A stretch of DNA of 64,000 nucleotides from Oligoflexia bacterium (GCA_034439615.1 JAWXAT010000003.1:51973-115972); one strand, 5' to 3'; positions 40,216 through 50,170 are shown, numbered from the stretch's first letter. A program made the numbers and translations. The notes: a model not told the origin generated them from the sequence alone.

Positions 40216-41896
40216 TCTTTAGGTTGCTTCAAACTGTTAATCCATTTTTGAACAACTTCACTGAGCACAGACATCGGCACACCGCCTTCGCTGAGTACGA
40301 CGCTGTGATATTGTTTGATATCAAATTTTGAACCCAATTCTTGCTTAGCTAATTCTCTCAGTCTTAAGAATTCACGTTGTCCAATTTTGTAAGCAAGAGC
40401 TTGACCGGGTGAAACAGCATAGCGATTGATTTCAGTTTGAGCATTGTGTTGAGCTATTGCTGTGTTCTCCATGAAAAACTTCAAAGCCTGGGCTCGTGAC
40501 CATTTTTTATGATGAATGCCAGTATCAACAACGAGACGTGCTGCGCGCCATGCCTGATCACTCCACATTCCAAACATCGAGAGCTCATCACGGTAAAATC
40601 CAACTTCACTCATCAAGAGTTCGCTGTAGTGAGCCCAACCTTCGACATAAGCGGTGTTACCCCAACTCGCTCTAAATCTTGGTAGATCTTTAAGCATCAA
40701 TGCGGTTGATACTTGAAGCAGATGCCCTGGTAAACCTTCATGTGCACTTAATGAATCCATGAGGTAGCGTGCTCGTGTTTCAGGTAGATATGTATTGATG
40801 TAGAAGTAGCCAGGGCGTGTGAAATTTTGGTCTGGAGCTCCTGCGTACCCGGCGGCTGCTGATTGTTCCATGACCGGATCAATTTTTCTTACTTCATATT
40901 GAGCAGGGGGCATATTTATAAACAACTTAGGTAGGAATGATTTTGCTCGTTCCATGCTTGCGGCTGCTGCTTCATAAACTTCGTCTCGAGTTTTAAAAAA
41001 GTTATTGGGATCTTGACGAACATGTATAAAAAATTCTTGAAGAGTCCCCGTGAATCCGAGTTTGCTAGCAATAGCTAGCATTTCAGTTTGGCACTTTTTA
41101 AGCTCTTCAAAACCAATTTGGTGAATGACCTCGGGATCAAGGCTTGCGGTGGTGAAATAGCTAATTAATTTTTTATAAGATTTTACACCGTTTGGTTGTG
41201 CCCAAATACCGTCGTGATCTGTAGTTGTATGGGGAAGATATTTATTTTTCAAATAGTCATGCATCTTTTTAAAAGACACGGCAATATGTGTGGATAGGGC
41301 ATCTTGTGCACGTTTTAAATAAACTGGATCTGTGATTTTTGCGACATGGGTGTTAAATGGTGATACCCCAGCGTCGAGTGCTTTAATATTGGCTTCAATC
41401 TGAGTGATGGCCAATTCAACTCCGAAGCGCGGAGCAATATAACCTTTGGTAATTCCTTTGTTCCAAGATTTAATTTTATTGTCAAAATACGCAGGCACAG
41501 CTTCAAGTCGTTTGATGAAATTTTCTAAATCTTGGGTCGTCTTCAATGGAAAGTATGTGAAAGTGTCGGCAAGCCAAACGTGAGGGCTCGAAAGTTGATT
41601 GTATTGAGCCTTTTTTGAAAACCAATAAGTGTGGATCTCCATGCTGTTGTAGCTTCGGAGCTAAGATCCTCTAGGCGATCATTATATTTAGTTTCACCTT
41701 CAAAGGTGGACCACATAGGGGCGTAGGCCATAAGGGCATCCCAATAATCTTGGCTTAATTGGGTAAGTGCTTGATTTGCAGTTTCATTGCGAGATTGTTG
41801 GGGCTGGTGCAAAAGTTTACTATCGATTCGAAATGCAAATGAAGATGTTGAAGTGAAAAATAACAATATGATTGTCAGCAGTTTATAAACACCCAT
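40212..41896 (-). pseudogene. DUF885-family protein, disrupted by a frameshift (N-terminal and C-terminal parts in different frames)
   Basis: The C-terminal ORF 40212..41642 carries the DUF885 HEGLPGHLLQ motif. The upstream ORF 41543..41896 supplies the signal peptide (MGVYKLLTIILLFFTSTSSFA) and the N-terminal conserved region. The two ORFs overlap by about 100 nt. An A6 homopolymer lies in the overlap. Confidence 0.6.
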
Positions 41897-42041
41897 GCTT
41901 TTACCCCCTGGTATGCAAAAATTAAGAAAACTATTAGGCATTGTTTTAATGAGTGGGCGGGGGAAGTGTCAATTGCAAAGATCTGTTAGATCGCAGGTTT
42001 TAAGATTTATGTGGAGTAAATAAATTATAAGTAATGATTAT

Positions 42042-42893
42042 TTAGCGAGGATCAATCGCAATCCAAAAATCTGAATCTGGATTGTATAAAACATTTGTCA
42101 CGTTTAAATTAAAATACAAAGACGGATCTTTTGTTGCACTCACGATTTGATGACCTGCAAAGCGCACAACACTATTTTGAAATTGGGAATGGAAAAACCG
42201 GTATGCATCTCGTACAGCCCCAGAAATTACTCCATCAATAACAAGTTTGTTAATATCTGCGATTGTTAAACCTGTTTTATAAGTCATCATTAATGAGTCA
42301 TTTGCGAGGTCAGCATCTAAGACCTTGGTGACGCTGACATAACTGTCGGCAAGTATTTTATATAAATTCACATGATCAGCTAATATTCTTGGCGATTTAA
42401 ATTTCTTAATTACAGTTAGACGACCTTTAATTTTTATTAGTACAACGGTTCCTTCACTGCCTTCTCCTAAAACATTTAAAATCGGATACCGTGAACCATT
42501 AAATTCTATTTCATCAATTCGGTTTTTGGGTGGAATTAATCGTTGTTTTAGTATTTGTAAATGGGCCTGAACAAGTTTGGGTTTAGCTTCTGCAATAATA
42601 GAATGGTTTTCTTGAATATATTCATGTGATAATTTTATTTTTACGTCGGGTTTAATTTCATCAAATTTTATTGGTTTACCATTTTTTTTCTCAACCCATT
42701 TTACAAAACTCGATTTAATTCGTGCATTGCCATCCAACGCCCCTTCAACTTCATCAATAAGAAATTCGTCAATTGAACTAAGTGTCTTAATGCAAAATCC
42801 ATTTGGGCGAATGGTGGCATTAGCAGGCGAGGCTAAAAAAACTAATAAAATAGGCAAAATAACTTGATACATATCACGGCTATAAGCACGCAA
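42042..42893 (-). CDS. Secreted protein with a protein-kinase-like N-lobe; truncated or atypical, possible pseudokinase
   Basis: Signal peptide MRAYSRDMYQVILPILLVFLASPANA. LGEGSEGTVV resembles a Gly-rich loop, VIKKF a beta3 Lys, and NVLYNPDSDFWIAIDPR a degenerate catalytic loop that ends at the DFG position. Confidence 0.4.
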   Translation of the reverse strand: MRAYSRDMYQVILPILLVFLASPANATIRPNGFCIKTLSSIDEFLIDEVEGALDGNARIKSSFVKWVEKKNGKPIKFDEIKPDVKIKLSHEYIQENHSIIAEAKPKLVQAHLQILKQRLIPPKNRIDEIEFNGSRYPILNVLGEGSEGTVVLIKIKGRLTVIKKFKSPRILADHVNLYKILADSYVSVTKVLDADLANDSLMMTYKTGLTIADINKLVIDGVISGAVRDAYRFFHSQFQNSVVRFAGHQIVSATKDPSLYFNLNVTNVLYNPDSDFWIAIDPR

Positions 42894-43067
42894 TATGCCA
42901 AAAATGAACTCGCTTATAAGCTGTAGGCATGGCTAGGTGCAGGTTTAAGGGGTGAATAAGATCCAGAAATTGTCACTAAAAGTGAGAAAAACTGTCATTT
43001 TCTATGGGTGACTTGCCATTGGGTTTTACGCGTGATATTTGCTTTCATCTGAGGTTTGGGGGATATA

Positions 43068-44429
43068 ATGCAATACTTTTACAAGCTAATTTTATCGTTA
43101 ACAACCTTCGTTTTCTTGACGTTTCCGGTTTCTGTAAATGCGCTAGCGCCTGTTGTTTACCCACAAATAATTGCAACTTCACTTGCCCCTTCAGGTATTG
43201 AAGCGATTATTGAATTCACTTCCACAGTTGTTATGCCTGAGAATACGCAACTCACCCAACAGACGTTAACGAATATGGCTATAAAACAGACGAGTCATCT
43301 TTTGTCTGTATTTGAAGTTGAGGAATATACAAAAAAAATTGGTGGATGGAGTTCTGATGTATTGGGTTTGATAAGCCTTGGACCCATGGTTTCAGTGACT
43401 TACATCTCAGATAAAAATACAAATCTAGGTCACGAGGTAACTTACAGAGCCGTTCAAAGAGTAATTGCGCGTCGAAGACTCATACAGCCAGGTGAAACAA
43501 AAGCCCTGCCACTTTTTATTCCACGAGATCCTTCAAAAATTTATGCATTAGAATGTACATCTCGTCAGGTACCTGAGAAAGAATTTTTCTTTTATTTTTG
43601 GAATCCTTTCAAGCGAGGTTGTGCTTCGCAATTAACGGGTGTGAATAAAGTAGATGAAGTCACAGCGTCACTTACGGGATTACCAATTCCTAATCCAGAA
43701 ACAACTCGTCCTGATTACGCAAGTCTTGCTGCACAAGCGAGAGCAAGAGGTGAGTTGCGCGTATCTGTTTTACTTGGATTTGATAGCAGTTGGAGAAATC
43801 GTCAAGATGTTGGGAGACGCAGTTACAACGCCCTTATTGATCAATTTGTAAATAAATCTGGATTCCAAATTGTGAAGGTTGGCGATTACAAAACAAAACC
43901 ATTTATTGATTTGGTACGCGCCGAAAGTGCGACGCAGCCAAAAGTAAGTCTGTCAATTTCGCTTACTGAAAGTGATATAGACAGGCCCGTCATTTTTGCT
44001 CAGCGCGCTCGTTATGCTTATGAAAATTCAGATATAGTTGTATATGCAGGGCATTCTGGTCTTGGTGGAAGCTTGAACTTAGACAAAATTGCAGCGTTTA
44101 GTAGCTCGAATCCGGCAATGCCCATTCCGATTCGGTTTCCGAATGCTTATCAGATTTTGTATTTTGATAGTTGTGCTAGTTATTATTTCTACGCTCATTC
44201 ATATGCATTGCAACGTCGTGGAATGCGCAAAGTCGATGTTATCAGTAATGGTCTTGCGAGTTATTTTCTCAGTCAAAATGAAGATATTCGTGTATTTGTA
44301 AAAACCTTTAGTGCCCTTCAAACTTTTATCGATGCTGAAGGATCACCTTCATGGCTCGATATTCTTAATCGCATTGAACGAGCACCTGGGCCAAGCTATT
44401 TTGTAAACGTGTTACAAGTACGTCAGTGA
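43068..44429 (+). CDS. Secreted clan-CD cysteine peptidase-like protein (caspase / clostripain / gingipain-like His-Cys dyad)
   Basis: Signal peptide MQYFYKLILSLTTFVFLTFPVSVNA. IVVYAGHSG (beta-strand + HG) followed about 44 aa later by ILYFDSCAS (beta-strand + DxC) matches the clan CD dyad spacing. Confidence 0.4.
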   Translation: MQYFYKLILSLTTFVFLTFPVSVNALAPVVYPQIIATSLAPSGIEAIIEFTSTVVMPENTQLTQQTLTNMAIKQTSHLLSVFEVEEYTKKIGGWSSDVLGLISLGPMVSVTYISDKNTNLGHEVTYRAVQRVIARRRLIQPGETKALPLFIPRDPSKIYALECTSRQVPEKEFFFYFWNPFKRGCASQLTGVNKVDEVTASLTGLPIPNPETTRPDYASLAAQARARGELRVSVLLGFDSSWRNRQDVGRRSYNALIDQFVNKSGFQIVKVGDYKTKPFIDLVRAESATQPKVSLSISLTESDIDRPVIFAQRARYAYENSDIVVYAGHSGLGGSLNLDKIAAFSSSNPAMPIPIRFPNAYQILYFDSCASYYFYAHSYALQRRGMRKVDVISNGLASYFLSQNEDIRVFVKTFSALQTFIDAEGSPSWLDILNRIERAPGPSYFVNVLQVRQ

Positions 44430-45265
44430 AGCGGGTGAACAGGTGGAGATTTTAAATGTCTTACAAAGCTTCGAAGTTTTTCAACCTCAGGTGATGGCGG
44501 CGATTTATTCATAAACAAAGTGAGATCGTTGTGGGCGTCAGCGAAATGTCCAATTTGGTATAATAACAAGCCACGTTCTTTATATTCATTCACCCGCATG
44601 GGGCTAGTTTCAATAATCATATCTAATACTGTTAAGAGCGATGACCACTGTCTCGAATCAAGATACATTCCTTTGAGCATTCCTAAAAAGCGAACCATCA
44701 TTTGCGCTTCAGTAGGTGTTTCAAGAAAAGTTCCGTTAAGAGCGACACTTTTGCCCATTTTTTGAGATAACTTTTTTTGTAGTTCAGAAACAGAAAGAAG
44801 TTTTCCTTGATCTGAAGGGTCTAAGAAAAAAAGTTGATGGCGATAAAGTGTCTTTACATAAAAATGGCCAGGAAAATTTACAAAATTTATCGGTGCAAGA
44901 CCTGAGCGTTGACAAAGTTCACGGTAAAGTAAAGCCAGTGCTAATGGGTGACCTTCGCGGTTTTCTAAAAGCTTAGCCATAAAAAGTGAATCGGGATTAT
45001 TTTCCCCTGTTTTTTTAAATTGTTTCTTATTAAATAAAAAATCATTGAGCGCTGATATTCCTTCAATAGCATCATTGTAAGGTTGGTTTTGTGAAGCAAA
45101 CTCATGAATAAGAAAATCGATACGTTTACTTGTTTTTTGAGCGCATACTTGTTTGCCGCTTAAGATTTCATGGGTTAATAAAATGAGTGGAAGTGTGGTT
45201 ACCCGAGAAGGTGATGCTGCTAATGCCACTCTATATGATGTCAAATCGATACGAGCAATACTCAT
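44423..45265 (-). CDS. SirB1/YchA-like protein (transglutaminase-like + TPR-like, UPF0162 family)
   Basis: REGHPLALALLYRELCQRSGLAPINFVNFPGHFYVK matches the conserved core of the YchA/SirB1 family. Confidence 0.6.
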   Translation of the reverse strand: MSIARIDLTSYRVALAASPSRVTTLPLILLTHEILSGKQVCAQKTSKRIDFLIHEFASQNQPYNDAIEGISALNDFLFNKKQFKKTGENNPDSLFMAKLLENREGHPLALALLYRELCQRSGLAPINFVNFPGHFYVKTLYRHQLFFLDPSDQGKLLSVSELQKKLSQKMGKSVALNGTFLETPTEAQMMVRFLGMLKGMYLDSRQWSSLLTVLDMIIETSPMRVNEYKERGLLLYQIGHFADAHNDLTLFMNKSPPSPEVEKLRSFVRHLKSPPVHPLH

Positions 45266-45365
45266 ATGAAAAACTGTAAGATAATTTTTTTAATTCTACA
45301 AGACTAGAACATGGCGCTAAATACCAATGCGCATTAGAAGTTACGCGTCATAAAACCGAGTGTTT

Positions 45366-46325
45366 TTACTTTTGCGGGAGTTGTGCTTTTAGCGATTCAA
45401 TTATTTTTTGTTCTTCAAGATCCTTGGCAGTAAAGTCTTGGGTAAGTTTGTCATTTTCGGTAGTTGCATCTTTAATTTTATTTTCAATATCGGTGAGCTC
45501 TTGTTCAAATTCACTTTGTTTCAATTCCCCAATGCTTAACGCTTCGTCACGTGCTTCTGTATTCGTAGCGATTTGACTTTTTAGGTTATCTAAAACCTGT
45601 TTTTGTTCACCTAGATCATAGGTCAGGGTTTTATGTTTGAGTTCAAGTTCTTTACCAGTCAATGGCTGTTTACGCATGATCATGTAGCCCTTAACTTTTG
45701 TAGCTAAGTCGTCGCATTCTTTTCCAAGCGCATCTATTTCTTCTACTGTCTTTGTAAAACTTTCTTTAGCTTTCCTTTCAGCAGCAAGTGCTTCGTGATT
45801 TGGATTTGTTTTGTATTGCTCGACATAAAAATTAAGCCGAAAGGGATCGTCACTATCATTTTGTTGAAAAATTTCATATTTTCGCAAGAGATCTGTCAAA
45901 GCTCCTTGTTTAATTTCGTCTTCAGCTTCTTTGCCTTTTCCTTCGAGTTTTTTTCCGAGGTTGGCTTTTTTTTGTGCATCGGGTGTTGCGCTTTTGTTGA
46001 GATAATCAACACCTTCACTTAGTGAAATGAAAAGTTTTACCTGCTGATTGCCGGGCATAATCATTAGGGCCCAGTGTTGTGTCGGAACTCCGGAACATGC
46101 ACTTAAAGCTCCACGCATAACAGCATAACTGATAATTCCCAAAAGAAAGTTCCGCGCCGCATCATCAGTTACGGTGTACTGACTTGCATCAAATAGAACT
46201 TTAAAACGCCCCTGATTAATTTTTTGCTCGAGTTTAAAGCGAACAGCGGCGGCTTCGGATTCTCCGAGACCACCTATGATTGTGACTACTTGTATTTCAC
46301 CTTGAGTTGAAAAGCTAATTTCCAT
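45366..46325 (-). CDS. STAS-domain (anti-sigma-antagonist-like) protein with a long C-terminal coiled coil
   Basis: N-terminus EIQVVTIIGGLGESEAAAVRFKLEQKINQGRFKVLFDASQYTVTDDAARNFLLGII has the STAS/SpoIIAA pattern. Asp sits at the usual phospho-Ser position. The C-terminal 200 aa are Glu/Lys-rich heptads. Confidence 0.5.
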   Translation of the reverse strand: MEISFSTQGEIQVVTIIGGLGESEAAAVRFKLEQKINQGRFKVLFDASQYTVTDDAARNFLLGIISYAVMRGALSACSGVPTQHWALMIMPGNQQVKLFISLSEGVDYLNKSATPDAQKKANLGKKLEGKGKEAEDEIKQGALTDLLRKYEIFQQNDSDDPFRLNFYVEQYKTNPNHEALAAERKAKESFTKTVEEIDALGKECDDLATKVKGYMIMRKQPLTGKELELKHKTLTYDLGEQKQVLDNLKSQIATNTEARDEALSIGELKQSEFEQELTDIENKIKDATTENDKLTQDFTAKDLEEQKIIESLKAQLPQK

Positions 46326-46343
46326 GATTCAAGTCTACTTACC

Positions 46344-47276
46344 TTGACAGTTATTAAGCAAGCCCGAGAAGATGTTGAGATGGCAAAAAAAGATGCAAGA
46401 ACACCCGATCAAAAGATAAAACAGCTAGAGATGGAGCTAGAAGACCGCGAACGCGAACTTTTAGCGTTCAGAAAAGAACTTGGCGACGTGAATGTTCAGC
46501 TGGAGAAGTTTATCAACCAGATGTCCAATGAATTGCAACTGGCTTCACTCATTCAGCGAAGTCTAGTGCCCACAGAGATACCGACGATTCCTGGTTTTGA
46601 GTTTTCTACAAAATTTGTAGCGTCACCCATATCTGGGGGTGATTATTTCGATATTTTTGAACTCGAAGATAAAATGCGTTTTGGAATCATCATGGCCAAT
46701 TCATCTGGTCATGGAATGGCCTCACTTTTTTTATCGGTATTATTAAAGCTCACAACTCAAATTGAAGCGCGTAAAGGTCTGGACCCCAGCGAAGTTTCAA
46801 ATAATATGACTAAAGAAATGCAAGGTGCTGTTAATGCAAAAGATACGACAAATCTTTTTTATGGTGTCATTGATCGTCGTCGTTACACACTGACTTATTC
46901 AAAAGCTGGAAATATAAATTCTTATATTTACAATCGAGAACAAGATAAATTGGTGAGGCTCGAGGCCACACAAGGCCCTATCGCTAAAAGTTCAAAGCCA
47001 AATCAAAAGAGTGAAACCATTTCTCTGGATCCGAGAGATAAACTTATTGTTACAAGTGAAGGTCTAACAAAGGCTCTAAATCGCTCTGATGAAGCATTTA
47101 GTGAAGATCGTCTTTTTGAGCATATTCTAAAAAATCCTGGTGCGAAGTGCCACGACATGCGAAATGAAATATTGTTTCAGTTAGAAAAGTTTACAAATGG
47201 CCGCGATTACATTCAGGATTTGAGCATTCTCGTGATGGAAGTAAAAGACAAAGTTATTAAACTTCGTAAAGGTTGA
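46344..47276 (+). CDS. PP2C-family serine phosphatase (SpoIIE/RsbU-like) with an N-terminal coiled coil
   Basis: SLVPTEIPTIPGFEFSTKFVASPISGGDYFDIF...GHGMASLF...GLTKALN are PPM motifs. Divergent from the STAS gene, 18 bp apart. Confidence 0.8.
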   Translation: MTVIKQAREDVEMAKKDARTPDQKIKQLEMELEDRERELLAFRKELGDVNVQLEKFINQMSNELQLASLIQRSLVPTEIPTIPGFEFSTKFVASPISGGDYFDIFELEDKMRFGIIMANSSGHGMASLFLSVLLKLTTQIEARKGLDPSEVSNNMTKEMQGAVNAKDTTNLFYGVIDRRRYTLTYSKAGNINSYIYNREQDKLVRLEATQGPIAKSSKPNQKSETISLDPRDKLIVTSEGLTKALNRSDEAFSEDRLFEHILKNPGAKCHDMRNEILFQLEKFTNGRDYIQDLSILVMEVKDKVIKLRKG

Positions 47277-48082
47277 CATCATCCTCCTCAGATATAAGCT
47301 CAGATGTTATGGTAACTCAGTTATTTAAAAGAGGATCATATTTTTTAGGTGCCTGTGCCCGTGAAGTTGGTGCCAATGTCATGGCAGCAAATTTATATCC
47401 ATTTGGTTTTTTTAATGCAGCACTCAAAGCGCAAAAACATTCAACCCTTGCCGTAAATCCAAGGCCTATCATTCTTGTTCATGGAATTATTCACAATAGA
47501 TCTGCATTCGTTTATTTAAAGCTAAGAATGCAAAAACTTGGTTGGGAAAATATTTATCCGCTCAATTACAGTACATTTCATGGAAATGTCTTTTATATGG
47601 TTGAGCAACTCGCTGAAAAAGTGAATGAGGTCATGCGTGTCACGGGATGTGATCAGGTAGATATTGTTGCACATTCTTTGGGTGGAATTGTTTCGCGTAC
47701 CTATATGAGTTTGGGTGAAGGTCGAGGCAGGGTAAAAAGATTAATCACTCTTGGAACGGCGCACCAAGGAACAGCTTTAAGTTTTTTAGCTAAAGGGCTT
47801 TCTCGCGGAGCGTTAGATTATGATATGAAGATGAAGTCATTTTTACTTCGTCTTTTAGAAAACACGGCTCTTCCAAATAATAGTGAAGTGGTGAGCATCT
47901 ATTCAGCATTTGATTGGACTGTTGTTCCCTCTGACAATGCTATTATTCGTGGTCAACCTGAAAGTTCATTTAAGAATGTAAAATTAGATTATTTAGGTCA
48001 TACAGGCCTTCTGTACAGTAACGAAGCCTTCGATGTCGTCACAAAAGAAATACTTTCAATAGAAACTCAAAGAGCAGATTAG
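47273..48082 (+). CDS. Lipase/esterase, alpha/beta hydrolase (Bacillus LipA-like)
   Basis: PIILVHGI...VDIVAHSLGG (GxSxG nucleophile elbow) closely resembles B. subtilis LipA (PVVMVHGIGG...VDIVAHSMGG). Overlaps the PP2C stop codon. Confidence 0.75.
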   Translation: MTSSSSDISSDVMVTQLFKRGSYFLGACAREVGANVMAANLYPFGFFNAALKAQKHSTLAVNPRPIILVHGIIHNRSAFVYLKLRMQKLGWENIYPLNYSTFHGNVFYMVEQLAEKVNEVMRVTGCDQVDIVAHSLGGIVSRTYMSLGEGRGRVKRLITLGTAHQGTALSFLAKGLSRGALDYDMKMKSFLLRLLENTALPNNSEVVSIYSAFDWTVVPSDNAIIRGQPESSFKNVKLDYLGHTGLLYSNEAFDVVTKEILSIETQRAD

Positions 48083-48129
48083 ATTTGCCAATGGTTTTCC
48101 GATATGATCAAAGGCATATCATAATAATT

Positions 48130-48145
48130 TTTCGCGCGCGCGAAA
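48130..48145. promoter_or_regulatory. Perfect 16-bp palindrome tttcgcgcgcgcgaaa ((CG)5 core) 13 nt upstream of the gltA start
   Basis: Seen directly in the sequence. It abuts the putative RBS (aaagga). It may be an operator, a terminator stem for the lipase gene, or an RBS-occluding hairpin. Confidence 0.4.
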
Positions 48146-48157
48146 GGACAAATTTTC

Positions 48158-49306
48158 ATGGCATCAGAGTCGAAAGTTGAAGTGTATGACAAAGCAATTG
48201 ATAAAGGATTAGAGGGGATCGTCGCTTGTACGACAGCGGTTTCTTCAATTGTCGATGCCACTCTCACTTACGCAGGTTACACAATTGACGATTTGTCTGA
48301 ACACTCAACCTTTGAAGAAACAACATTTCTACTTTGGAATAAGCGATTTCCAAAAGTTACAGAGTTAGAAAAATTCAAAAAAGATTTAGCTCAAAATATG
48401 ATACTCGAAAAAGAGTATGTAAATTTCTTAAAAGGACTTCCCAATAAAAACGTACATCCCATGGAGTGGCTCAGAACTGCCGTATCAGGCCTAGCACTCT
48501 GGGATAAAGAAGCTACCGATATCTCCGCTGAATCTAATCAACATAAAGCACTTCGTTTAACAGCTAAAATGGGCCCAATCGTTGCCGCACTTGAGAGATT
48601 TCGCACCGGTCAACAATTGCTCGAGCCAAAACTTGATAAATCACTTGCTTGGAATTTTTTGTATCTGCTTAAAGGTAAAGAGCCTGACCCCTATCATGTG
48701 AAAGTATTTGATACCGCTCTCATTTTACATGCTGATCATGAGTTAAACTGTTCAGCATTTAGTGTTCGTGTGACCACAAGTTCTCTGAGTGATTTACATT
48801 CTGCTATCACGAGCGGAATCGGTACACTTAAAGGGCCTCTGCATGGCGGTGCAAATGAGCAAGTCATGAAGATGCTCCTTAAAATCGGCAACATGAAAGA
48901 ATGTGAAACTTTTGTTAAAAATGCGCTTGAGAACAAAGAAAAAGTAATGGGTTTTGGTCATCGCGTTTATAAAAACGGAGATCCACGGGCAAGAATTTTA
49001 AAAAGCATGTCACAGGAACTTGGTAAGCGCCGTGGTGAACCACAATGGTATGATATGAGCGTTCATATTGACGATATCATGCAAGACAAAAAAGGCCTTT
49101 TGCCCAATGTCGATTTTTATTCAGCCAGTGTTTATTACTGTCTTGATGTTCCCATTGATCTGTACACACCTATCTTTGCTGTAAGCCGCATCTCTGGTTG
49201 GATTGCACATGCGTTTGAGCAATATGCAAACAATCGTATTTATCGTCCACGCGGCCATTACTCTGGCAATCGCGATCTCAAATGGGTCGCCCCTGATAAG
49301 CGATAA
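48158..49306 (+). CDS. gltA: Citrate synthase
   Basis: Citrate synthase signature around ...GFGHRVYKNGDPRA. Catalytic His/Asp regions present. 382 aa. Confidence 0.92.
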   Translation: MASESKVEVYDKAIDKGLEGIVACTTAVSSIVDATLTYAGYTIDDLSEHSTFEETTFLLWNKRFPKVTELEKFKKDLAQNMILEKEYVNFLKGLPNKNVHPMEWLRTAVSGLALWDKEATDISAESNQHKALRLTAKMGPIVAALERFRTGQQLLEPKLDKSLAWNFLYLLKGKEPDPYHVKVFDTALILHADHELNCSAFSVRVTTSSLSDLHSAITSGIGTLKGPLHGGANEQVMKMLLKIGNMKECETFVKNALENKEKVMGFGHRVYKNGDPRARILKSMSQELGKRRGEPQWYDMSVHIDDIMQDKKGLLPNVDFYSASVYYCLDVPIDLYTPIFAVSRISGWIAHAFEQYANNRIYRPRGHYSGNRDLKWVAPDKR

Positions 49307-49438
49307 TTAAATTTCGTCTAACTTCTAAACAATAAATTCAAATTTCAAAATTTGAAGTTCAAACCTTTGTCTTAAGTTCTTAGTCCAGATTCCGATCATT
49401 TAATTGGGCAAATTGAATATATAACTGAAGGGCAGTGT

Positions 49439-50131
49439 ATGAATGCGCAATACAACTTTATTTTGGTGAGCCGAAAGACGGGCGATGCTTTCAAAATTCG
49501 CGATGAAATAGAGCGTAATCGACTTTACTCTGTTGAAATGATCGAAACCGCACCGGCTGCTTTGGGTCGTCTCGCAAAAGGGGACATCAGCTGTATGGTT
49601 TTTAATTTTGATAGTTTTAATCAACAAAAAATCAGCGTCATCACTAATCTTCGCGATATGGGTTATACATTTCCCGTCATCATTTTTGCCGCATTCGTTC
49701 AAAAAGAAGCCTATGATATTGTGAAAAAAATGGATCGCGTTATTATTATCGAATGCCCTTTTGAAGCCAAAGATGTTTGGGGAATATGTCAAAAAATAGT
49801 TCAAGGTGCAAAAGTTAATCAGCGTATTTTTCGTCGATTCTATACAAATCAAAAAGCGGTACTTGAAAAAACAATCAGCGGTGAAATCATCGCGGGCGCA
49901 ATTTATAATCTCAGCCATGGTGGAGCCTATATGGAGTTGCACTCAGGACGCGTGAGACGCGGTGAGATTCTCAAGGTTACAATTCAATTAAATAAAATTT
50001 CAAAAGCTTATAATGTCGACGCGCAAGTTGTCTGGACTACTCCACAGGGTTTTTGGCTGGGAAAGCCTGCTATTGGCTTAAAATTCATGAAGGCAGGCGA
50101 TGTCTACAGAAATTTACTCGACAAGCTGTAA
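49439..50131 (+). CDS. PilZ-domain protein with a degenerate N-terminal receiver-like domain (paralog 1 of 3)
   Basis: PilZ motifs QRIFRRF (RxxxR) and YNLSHGGAY (NxSxGG). The N-terminal ~120 aa have CheY-like alternation but lack the acidic pocket (LVSRKTGD, CPF in place of KPF). Confidence 0.75.
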   Translation: MNAQYNFILVSRKTGDAFKIRDEIERNRLYSVEMIETAPAALGRLAKGDISCMVFNFDSFNQQKISVITNLRDMGYTFPVIIFAAFVQKEAYDIVKKMDRVIIIECPFEAKDVWGICQKIVQGAKVNQRIFRRFYTNQKAVLEKTISGEIIAGAIYNLSHGGAYMELHSGRVRRGEILKVTIQLNKISKAYNVDAQVVWTTPQGFWLGKPAIGLKFMKAGDVYRNLLDKL

Positions 50132-50170
50132 CAGAGTTTAAAGTTCGAATCGTTTTGATTGGGGATATAA

